32,000 nucleotides of DNA from positions 3,196,104 to 3,228,103 of the forward strand of contig NC_004459.3 in the NCBI RefSeq assembly GCF_000039765.1. Direction: 5' to 3'. Source of the stretch: Vibrio vulnificus CMCP6. Its GTDB lineage: Bacteria; Pseudomonadota; Gammaproteobacteria; Enterobacterales; Vibrionaceae. The position numbers were made by a program, and so were the translations under genes. Positions 21,660-28,814 of this stretch are shown piece after piece (positions within the stretch are counted from its first letter, which is position 1; each line of letters opens with the position of its first letter). The notes under the pieces are model-generated. The model saw only the letters and a program-made list of their open reading frames with translations, did no database searches and was not told the origin of the DNA.

Positions 21660-23411
21660 ATGAAAACACGCTGGATTCCAGTCGCCTTGTCCGGTCTTGC
21701 TTTAACCGGTTGTTTTTCTGATAAAAGCGACCCGGCTACCGCCGTCACTCAGCCGCTAAATGTGACCGCAGCAGACGCCATCTATTTCGGCGGAGAGATC
21801 TTAACAATGGCAGGCGACACACCAGAATATGTGGAAGCCGTGGCCACAAAAGACGAAAAGATCATTTATGTCGGCTCAAAAGCGGGCGCCTTAGAGCATC
21901 AATTTGCTCAGACCCAACTTGTCGATCTGCAAGGCAAAACACTGTTACCCGGTTTTGTTGACCCCCATAGCCATGTCTACGGCGTTGGCTTACAAGCCAT
22001 GGTGGCTAACGTGTTGCCACCACCAGATGGCGACGCCAATACCGTTGCAAAAATCGTAGAGATTTTAAAAACCTCCCATCAAGATGAAACCAAACGCCTG
22101 TTCATTGAAAAAACAGGATGGATTCTTGGCTTTGGTTACGACGACTCGCTACTGGACTACTATCCAACCAAAGCAGACCTCGATAAGGTCAGCCGTGATA
22201 AACCTGTGTTGATCATTCACACCTCTGGTCATTTAAGTGTGGCCAATAGCAAAGCCCTCGAAATGGTGGGAATTACGGCAAAAACCAAGAACCCAGAAGG
22301 TGGCGTCATACGTCGCATGCCTGGCAGTCAGGAACCGAATGGGGTGCTTGAAGAAAACGCGCATTTTGCCATGTTATTTCGACTCACCGCTCTGATTGAT
22401 CAAGAGCTGCAAGATATGATGTTGGCTGCATCACAAAAAATGTACGCACAATATGGCTATACCACTGCGCAAGAAGGACGAGCGACAAAAGAAGGCTATG
22501 AAGCACTGAAACGTGCCGCAACAGGAGGCCATTTGCTCATTGACGTTGTCGCGTATGCTGATATGGCCACCAGCAGCGACTTTATGAGCTCAGAATACCA
22601 CGCTCCTGAATACACCAATCATTTCCGCATCGGTGGCGTAAAACTCAACTTCGATGGCTCACCGCAAGGGAAAACCGCTTGGTTAACGCAACCGTATTTC
22701 CATCCGCCTCACGGGCTTGCGAAAGATTACGCGGGCTACCCAACCTTTACTGACGCACAAGCATTTGAGTACGTTGAAACCGCGTTCAAAAATAATTGGC
22801 AAGTACTAACCCACAGCAATGGTGACGCTGCGATTGAGCAATTTATCGACGCGGTGACCGCGGCCAATAATAAACTCGGAAAACAAGATAGACGGCCAGT
22901 GCTGATTCATGGCCAAACCATTCGTGAAGATCAAATCCAGCGCCTCGCAGAGCAAGGAATTTTCCCTTCCCTCTTCCCAATGCATACCTTCTATTGGGGA
23001 GATTGGCACCGTGATTCAGTGCTTGGCCATCCTCGGGCCGATTTTATTTCACCGACTAAAGCCGTACGTGATGCAGGATTGATGTTTAGTACACATCATG
23101 ATGCTCCCGTTGCCCTGCCAGATGCGTTTCGGGTGCTTGATGCAACGGTCAACCGCACCACCCGCACAAATAAAGTGCTCGGTCCCGATCAGCGTGTCGA
23201 TGCCTACACCGCATTGAGAGCGATGACCATTTGGCCTGCTTACCAACATTTTGAAGAATCGATGAAAGGCAGTATCGAAGTGGGGAAAAACGCCGATTTC
23301 ATTCTGCTAAATAAGAATCCTCTCAAAGTGGAGAGTGCGACGTTAAAAGACTTACAAGTCCAACAAACCATCAGCCGTGGGCAAGTGGTCTTTACCAATA
23401 CTGCCCGCTAA
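21660..23411 (+). CDS. Lipoprotein-anchored metal-dependent amidohydrolase (YtcJ-like, amidohydrolase-3 family)
   Basis: GGAGGGAG lies upstream of the ATG at 21660. The lipobox is LALTG|C. The metal-binding motif is FVDPHSHVYG, and later HSNGD, IHGQ and THHDAP motifs are typical of the family. Confidence 0.85.
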   Translation: MKTRWIPVALSGLALTGCFSDKSDPATAVTQPLNVTAADAIYFGGEILTMAGDTPEYVEAVATKDEKIIYVGSKAGALEHQFAQTQLVDLQGKTLLPGFVDPHSHVYGVGLQAMVANVLPPPDGDANTVAKIVEILKTSHQDETKRLFIEKTGWILGFGYDDSLLDYYPTKADLDKVSRDKPVLIIHTSGHLSVANSKALEMVGITAKTKNPEGGVIRRMPGSQEPNGVLEENAHFAMLFRLTALIDQELQDMMLAASQKMYAQYGYTTAQEGRATKEGYEALKRAATGGHLLIDVVAYADMATSSDFMSSEYHAPEYTNHFRIGGVKLNFDGSPQGKTAWLTQPYFHPPHGLAKDYAGYPTFTDAQAFEYVETAFKNNWQVLTHSNGDAAIEQFIDAVTAANNKLGKQDRRPVLIHGQTIREDQIQRLAEQGIFPSLFPMHTFYWGDWHRDSVLGHPRADFISPTKAVRDAGLMFSTHHDAPVALPDAFRVLDATVNRTTRTNKVLGPDQRVDAYTALRAMTIWPAYQHFEESMKGSIEVGKNADFILLNKNPLKVESATLKDLQVQQTISRGQVVFTNTAR

Positions 23412-23471
23412 GGTAATTTCGCCCTCTAATTTCTCTATTGCAGGGAGTTGGGGGGCGAAAAATAAGAACGA

Positions 23472-23499
23472 GGGACTAGGGACTAGGGACTAGGGACTA
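23472..23499. repeat. Heptamer tandem repeat (GGGACTA), 4 copies
   Basis: Four perfect head-to-tail copies, read directly from the sequence. Confidence 0.97.
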
Positions 23500-23569
23500 G
23501 CAAACCGGGAAACTAGAAAACTAGCAAACTAGCAAACTAGCAAACTAGCAAACTAGCAAACTAGCAAAA
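23500..23569. repeat. Octamer tandem repeat (GCAAACTA), about 8.5 copies, abutting the heptamer array
   Basis: The array reads GCAAACCG GGAAACTA GAAAACTA, then five perfect GCAAACTA (23524-23563), then GCAAAA. The period is 8, which differs from the adjacent 7-mer array. Confidence 0.95.
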
Positions 23570-23593
23570 GCTTCCCAGAAATCGAATGAGACT

Positions 23594-23628
23594 AAAAAGC
23601 AAAAAGCCGCCCTAAAGGCGGCTTTTTT
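23594..23628. terminator. Bidirectional terminator serving ffs (-) and probably the amidohydrolase gene (+)
   Basis: The sequence is AAAAAGCAAAAA-GCCGCC-CTAAA-GGCGGC-TTTTTT. On the minus strand the stem directly follows the 4.5S 3' end and is followed by TTTTTGCTTTTT. Confidence 0.9.
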
Positions 23629-23631
23629 AAT

Positions 23632-23737
23632 GGGTGGGACCCCAGCCACATCCCGGCACACAAGTCATTCGCTGCGGCTGCTTCCTTCCGGACCTGACCG
23701 AGTTCACGAACTATTGTTGCGAGAGGACCAGAGCCCC
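23632..23737 (-). ncRNA. ffs: Signal recognition particle RNA (4.5S RNA)
   Basis: The reverse complement reads GGGGCTCTGG...GGTCAGGTCCGGAAGGAAGCAGCC...GTGTGCCGGGATGTGGCTGGGGTCCCACCC. This includes the invariant domain IV sequence of E. coli 4.5S RNA. The 5' GGGGCUCUGG pairs with the 3' CUGGGGUCCC, and an intrinsic terminator follows immediately. Confidence 0.92.
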
Positions 23738-23777
23738 ATAGATTCGTTTATCAAGCATTTCGCTTAATGTGGGCACG

Positions 23778-23806
23778 ATTATTAAGCATCCCCCTCAAGA
23801 TTGCAA
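23778..23806 (-). promoter_or_regulatory. Candidate sigma-70 promoter for the ffs precursor
   Basis: The minus strand reads TTGCAA (23806-23801), a 17-nt spacer, then AATAAT (23783-23778). This implies a 5' leader of about 35-40 nt, consistent with RNase P processing of the 4.5S precursor as known in E. coli. Confidence 0.4.
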
Positions 23807-23886
23807 CCCCAATTCGGCAATAATCCATGATGAGGCGAGCGAATGCTTAACTCTTGTGCAAAACACCACTTTTCAAGTGAGGGAGG

Positions 23887-25860
23887 TTAAGAATACCCCA
23901 TCTCACGCTGTTCATTCTTGCTCTGATACATGTCGACATCAGCCAGATGCAGCGCTTTTTGCAAGCTCATGGCCCGCTCCCTCCTCGCGGACAAGCCAAT
24001 CGAAGAACTGATGATCAAGGGTTTTCCGGCAATATGCTGTTCAAGTCGAATTCGGCTAAAACGATCAAACGCTTCTTCAACTTCTTGCTGAGACGCTTTG
24101 CCAATTAAAATAAACTCATCGCCGCCCACGCGGAAACCTTTGCCACGCCAATGGCTTTTGATTTCTAGGGCTATGGCTTTGAGCACCATGTCGCCACAGT
24201 GATGACCATATGTGTCGTTAATCGGTTTAAAATTGTTAACGTCGATATACAAAATCGCAAGGTCGCCCGCGATGCCATTGCCATATTTTCTCTGTAGTTG
24301 GCGTCGATTGCCTAACCCAGTTAAGTTATCCGTATTCGATAAACGATGCAGATAATACGAGAGTGCAAACGCCAGCAATAACATCGCCGCAAATAGCGTT
24401 TGTGTTTTTGCAGCAAACTTTTGCTCCATTTCTAACGAGCTTCGCCAGTCAGGACGAACATCGTAACGTTCGATAATGCTATTGAGATCGAGCATTTCTA
24501 TCGCCCGACTAAAATACGGAGCCAGCGCTCTGCCCTTTTCCGTGTTAGCCAAACCGATAGAAATTTTCGACGTATCAAATACGCCAATCGCATCATCTTG
24601 CTCAATAGCCAGCTTCAACTCATTTCGTAGTAAGTAGTTGAGTGTTGCCGTGTCCATCGTGATGTAATCCACTCGGTTGGCAAGTAAGGCACTGACCATC
24701 GCATCGTGATCGGAAAAACGACTCAGATCTTTCAATGGCAACATTTGCGTCAACAACGCATCAAAGTAGTCATCCTCAACCACCCCGACTCTCTCTGCAA
24801 TTAACTGGGAGACATGAGAATAGACATTGGGCTTATACCCCAAACGTTTGACGATAACCGACTGAGGCGCATAGTGTGGGCTTGTGTAATAGGTAAACTG
24901 CTCTCTCGCTTTGGTCATCGCCAGCGGAGCCAGTAGGTCAAACTCTTGCTGTATGAAGCCTTGTAACATTTCTCCCCAACGTTCATCTGAACGGCTCACC
25001 AGTTGACAGTTAAGGGCAAGAATATCGCAACTTTGCTGCAGAACTTCGGCAGTAATCCCACTCACGTGGCCATCAGGATGGTAAATCACATAAGGGTAAA
25101 TCGGCTCAAGTTTGATGGTTAATGGTTCATCTAGCTCGAGGGGTGCCTGAACAATAGCCTGTTGTAGCGCCTGTTTTCGAATAGCAAATTGGTATTGCGT
25201 AATTTCTTCACGAAGCCTTTTTTGCATCTGCTCGCTGTGAATGAACTGAGCAAATTGAGTCAACTCTTCTAAGTGTTGCCCTTTTTGACTGACGATAGAG
25301 ACGGGTTTTATCGATATTTCATCGTTGAGAAGATGGGCATTGGTTCCTTTAAGCAACATAGGCTTAAGTTGATTGATGGCATCCACAATGCCATCGACTT
25401 GACCGTGACTGATCAGCGCATAAGCTTCTTCATGGCCTTGGTACGAAACAAGCTGAATGTCTGGATGATTTACCGCAATCAGCTCCCCATAAATGGTATC
25501 TTGAGGTACGCCAATACGTGTCGCATCACGCAACGAATTGGTCGTATTAGAATAGAGATAGGTATATTCAATGTTGGTTGGGTGTGAATAACTGAATCTT
25601 TTTTCACGTTCATGCGTAAACGTAATGTTCGCTGCGAAGTCTGTTTCACCACGCGCAACTGAATCGAGAATAGCATCAAAACTCGGCATATTCACATAGG
25701 TGACGTCCAGCGCAAACTGCTCGGCAATGGCATCAAACAGAACCCGCGTCACCACATCATCCGCTTCCGTTGCTACTGTGATCTCTTTACTCTTTGCCCA
25801 ACAGTTGAACGATACCCAAACGAATACGCAGGAAAGCAGCCAACCAAATTTTTTTATCAT
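23887..25860 (-). CDS. Membrane diguanylate cyclase with two tandem periplasmic solute-binding (SBP_bac_3-like) domains
   Basis: 657 aa. After the signal/TM segment come two PBP-like halves of about 220 aa, then a TM segment (LFAAMLLLAFALSYYL), then a GGDEF domain with RVGGDEF. The architecture resembles V. cholerae CdgH, but I do not claim orthology. Confidence 0.88.
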   Translation of the reverse strand: MIKKFGWLLSCVFVWVSFNCWAKSKEITVATEADDVVTRVLFDAIAEQFALDVTYVNMPSFDAILDSVARGETDFAANITFTHEREKRFSYSHPTNIEYTYLYSNTTNSLRDATRIGVPQDTIYGELIAVNHPDIQLVSYQGHEEAYALISHGQVDGIVDAINQLKPMLLKGTNAHLLNDEISIKPVSIVSQKGQHLEELTQFAQFIHSEQMQKRLREEITQYQFAIRKQALQQAIVQAPLELDEPLTIKLEPIYPYVIYHPDGHVSGITAEVLQQSCDILALNCQLVSRSDERWGEMLQGFIQQEFDLLAPLAMTKAREQFTYYTSPHYAPQSVIVKRLGYKPNVYSHVSQLIAERVGVVEDDYFDALLTQMLPLKDLSRFSDHDAMVSALLANRVDYITMDTATLNYLLRNELKLAIEQDDAIGVFDTSKISIGLANTEKGRALAPYFSRAIEMLDLNSIIERYDVRPDWRSSLEMEQKFAAKTQTLFAAMLLLAFALSYYLHRLSNTDNLTGLGNRRQLQRKYGNGIAGDLAILYIDVNNFKPINDTYGHHCGDMVLKAIALEIKSHWRGKGFRVGGDEFILIGKASQQEVEEAFDRFSRIRLEQHIAGKPLIISSSIGLSARRERAMSLQKALHLADVDMYQSKNEQREMGYS

Positions 25861-25984
25861 GTCACTGACTTAATCTAGGTTTCACACAAGCGTCAAAATA
25901 TGAAGCAGAAACCTTATATCAACTCATTGTCACGTGCATAAATATTTTTATTGATATGCAATACCAGTCACTGTTCTAGGCAAC

Positions 25985-26728
25985 TCAATCCTGCTCTTTC
26001 ATCTCTTCTTCCGCATTTAAGATGTAGTCTGTCATCCAAGCGGTACCCAACAAGCAGATCCACACCACAAACACGGAATTGGGCACATCGACATTCGGCG
26101 TCACCACTAATGCGGCGAACCCCACTGTCGGTAATGTCCAACACAGCAGTTTGTTCCATGAAAAAGTTTTAAGTGAGTTAAGACTTTCCATACACGCCAT
26201 AATGCCGGTAATTGAGAGAGCCACTAATACCGCGTAAGGCAAACCTGCCATCCATAGTGGGATCAATAGTAGCAATGGCCACCAGCTATGTTTGCTCGAA
26301 GGTCGCCAGTGATTTGCCGCCCACCAAATGACCGTCACCGATAGCACTTGTACCACGGTTACCCATGGTGAACCGGTCAACTTACCGGCCATTTGCGTCA
26401 CCATAATGCCGACCATCAGAGCCAAGACGATCATCCCTGCGGTGAGCAAGACTCCCAGGCTGCTTTTCTTGGAAAACACCACCATAAGGAGTGGAAACAA
26501 AATCCACACGCACACAGAGAGAGCTATCGGCTGCATGGGTAACGTGAGGCCATACACCGTCATCGCAGCGAGCAAGACGAGACCAGCAATACCACCTTGA
26601 GGTAGAATCCACAAAGCAGGAATCACTAAGGCGAGGACGGGGATATCACCAGCGCTCATGCTGATTGCTTTGGCACAGACCACCGCTAAAAGGCTTGTGA
26701 TTGTGAATTGAAGAATTGAAAATATCAT
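25985..26728 (-). CDS. Polytopic inner-membrane protein of unknown function
   Basis: 247 aa, almost entirely hydrophobic, with about 7-8 predicted TM helices by eye. A strong RBS (AAAGGAGG) precedes the ATG at 26728. I recognise no family motif. Confidence 0.7.
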   Translation of the reverse strand: MIFSILQFTITSLLAVVCAKAISMSAGDIPVLALVIPALWILPQGGIAGLVLLAAMTVYGLTLPMQPIALSVCVWILFPLLMVVFSKKSSLGVLLTAGMIVLALMVGIMVTQMAGKLTGSPWVTVVQVLSVTVIWWAANHWRPSSKHSWWPLLLLIPLWMAGLPYAVLVALSITGIMACMESLNSLKTFSWNKLLCWTLPTVGFAALVVTPNVDVPNSVFVVWICLLGTAWMTDYILNAEEEMKEQD

Positions 26729-26878
26729 AGCGCCTCCTTTAAGACCCGATTCTGTTTTTAATCAGACTCAGCGCAACGCAGAAACTTAAAACACAAAAGG
26801 TTGTACGCTAAGTGGGTTCATTTCCAGCACACCTGGCTTACCAATCCTTGGTAAACGACGAACTAGGACAATTTGAGT

Positions 26879-27181
26879 ATGGACCATTTTTTGCCCCAAA
26901 TCTTTGCTGTAATTCAACAAATTCCCTTTGGTAAAGTGACCACGTACGGAGAAATCGCACGTATGGCTGGATTTCCTGGTTATGCAAGGCATGTCGGTAA
27001 AGCATTAGGAAACTTGCCAGAAGGCACAAAACTACCTTGGCATCGGGTGATCAACAGCCAAGGCAGAATTTCGTTGCAGGGTTCGGATCTCAATCGTCAA
27101 CGCCAATTGTTGCTGGCTGAACAGATTGAAGTGAGTGAGATAGGAAAAATAAGTTTAAAAAAATACCGATGGCAACCATAG
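26879..27181 (+). CDS. ybaZ: MGMT-family DNA-binding protein (alkyltransferase-like, YbaZ/Atl type)
   Basis: It contains IPFGKVTTYGEIARMAG and LPWHRVINSQGRIS. The PWHRV motif replaces the PCHRV active-site Cys of true Ogt/Ada. The ATG at 26879 has AGGA upstream; the track start at 26873 is a TTG. Confidence 0.85.
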   Translation: MDHFLPQIFAVIQQIPFGKVTTYGEIARMAGFPGYARHVGKALGNLPEGTKLPWHRVINSQGRISLQGSDLNRQRQLLLAEQIEVSEIGKISLKKYRWQP

Positions 27182-27247
27182 TCGCCATCAGTATCAAAAT
27201 TGGGGCATCAAAATTCGATTGTTGTGGTGTTGAGCACCTTGTCGTGA

Positions 27248-27673
27248 TTAACGAACGCCCACAACCATGATTTCAACATTATGTGTGTTCGCCTCGTCAG
27301 TGATGACAGGAACGATGGTGTCACTGATAAAACGTAAACGTCCATTGACTTCGATACGCGCACGTACGTTGTAACGGTGATTAGCAATGATCTTTTTGCT
27401 GTCATAAGCAAGATCGAACGACAGCGGGACTTGTTTACCATTGGTAATAAACTTGTGCTTTGCGATCACTTTGGCAGGCGCATCAGCCAGTGAGACATCT
27501 TCCAAAACCAGGGTGACAGCCGCGTCTTCTGGTAAGGCAATACGCTCACGATAAAAAACCGTCCCACTGATGGTTTGGATACCTTGGTCTTTCACTAATG
27601 GCTCCGAAGTCTGGCAACCCGCTAACAAAGCACCAAAGAACACTGACATCATCACTAAGATTATTTTTTTCAT
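27248..27673 (-). CDS. ybaY: YbaY-like lipoprotein
   Basis: The lipobox is ALLAG|C, and GTVFYRERIALPEDAAVTLVLEDVSLADAP is characteristic of YbaY. It sits between ybaZ and tesB as in E. coli. Confidence 0.8.
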   Translation of the reverse strand: MKKIILVMMSVFFGALLAGCQTSEPLVKDQGIQTISGTVFYRERIALPEDAAVTLVLEDVSLADAPAKVIAKHKFITNGKQVPLSFDLAYDSKKIIANHRYNVRARIEVNGRLRFISDTIVPVITDEANTHNVEIMVVGVR

Positions 27674-27863
27674 AGAGCCTCACTCATTAATAAATTCGCG
27701 ACGATTATAGTTTGAGCACGTCACTCTGTCTTGTGGATCAAATGTTTATTGACAATAGTTTGACTAAGTTAAAAATATTCACCGTTGTTAATTGCGTTAT
27801 ACTCAACGCAGTTACTTGAATCAAAGTGACAAACCCATGTGTTAAAGAGAGGAATCAACCAAC

Positions 27864-28730
27864 ATGAGTAAACCCTTAAACGAGTTACTAAGTTTGCTGC
27901 AACTTGAAAAACTGGAAGAAGGACTGTTCAGGGGTCAAAGTGAGAATCTTGGTTTACCACAAGTGTATGGAGGCCAAGTGTTGGGGCAGGCCTTATCGGC
28001 GGCTCGCTATACGGTGTCTGACGACCGCACGGTGCATTCGTTTCACAGCTATTTTCTCTATCCTGGCGATCCAGAAAAAGCCATCATCTACGATGTTGAG
28101 ATTTTAAGAGACGGTAAAAGTTTCAGCACTCGCCGTGTTAAAGCGATCCAAAATGGACGCCCAATATTCTATCTCACCGCTTCCTACCATGGTGAAGCAC
28201 CGGGGTTTGAACACCAAAATACCATGCCCGATATTCCAGGGCCGGAAAATTTCATGTCTGAATCGGAACTCGCCAGTCATATTGCTGAGTTTCTTCCCGC
28301 GAAGCTGAGACAAACCTTTTGTGGTGAGAAACCGATTGAGACCAGACCTGTCACCGTCATCAACCCGCTTAATCCTAAAAAGGCCGAGCCAAAACAGTAT
28401 CTCTGGATACGCGCCAACGGTGAGATGCCCGACAGTCAATTGATCCACCAGTATCTATTAGCCTACGCGTCCGATTGGGGCTTTTTAGTCACGGCATTAC
28501 ATCCACACGAAGTTTCGCTCATGACACCGAAATTCCAAGTGGCAACCATCGATCATTCGATCTGGTTCCACCGCCCATTTAAGATGGATGAGTGGCTGCT
28601 CTATGCCATCGAAAGCCCAACTGCCTCGAATACCAGAGGACTTGTCCGTGGCGAGATCTACAATCAGCAAGGTCACTTAGTGGCCACCGCGGTGCAAGAA
28701 GGGGTGATGCGCTTTATCGATAAAAAATAA
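27864..28730 (+). CDS. tesB: Acyl-CoA thioesterase II
   Basis: 288 aa. [34 protein letters not shown] is near-colinear with the E. coli TesB N-terminus. It is double hot-dog length. Confidence 0.93.
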   Translation: MSKPLNELLSLLQLEKLEEGLFRGQSENLGLPQVYGGQVLGQALSAARYTVSDDRTVHSFHSYFLYPGDPEKAIIYDVEILRDGKSFSTRRVKAIQNGRPIFYLTASYHGEAPGFEHQNTMPDIPGPENFMSESELASHIAEFLPAKLRQTFCGEKPIETRPVTVINPLNPKKAEPKQYLWIRANGEMPDSQLIHQYLLAYASDWGFLVTALHPHEVSLMTPKFQVATIDHSIWFHRPFKMDEWLLYAIESPTASNTRGLVRGEIYNQQGHLVATAVQEGVMRFIDKK

Positions 28731-28761
28731 CAGCGCAGGTTATTTGCCCCTTGAACAAAGA

Positions 28762-28786
28762 AGGAGCGCATCGGCGCTCCTTTTTG
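28762..28786 (+). terminator. tesB intrinsic terminator
   Basis: The sequence is AGGAGCGC-ATCG-GCGCTCCT, continuing into TTTTT. It lies between tesB and the convergent large lipoprotein gene. Confidence 0.85.
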
Positions 28787-28814
28787 ATCGTCCCTCTCTC
28801 ATTTCTTTGAGAAG

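Noticed and set aside
23472-23569. Possible CRISPR array
   Set aside because: The units are 7-8 bp and directly abutting, with no spacers. There are no cas genes or leader. It is a microsatellite, not a CRISPR array.
23769-24011. An 80-aa plus-strand ORF between ffs and the diguanylate cyclase gene
   Set aside because: It begins at a GTG inside the predicted ffs promoter and overlaps the 3' end of the cyclase gene in antisense. It has no RBS.
27749-27803. Promoter hexamers (TTGACA at 27749, TTGACT at 27760, TATACT at 27798) in the ybaY/tesB divergent region
   Set aside because: None of the -35/-10 pairs has acceptable 16-18 nt spacing, so I could not support a specific promoter call.
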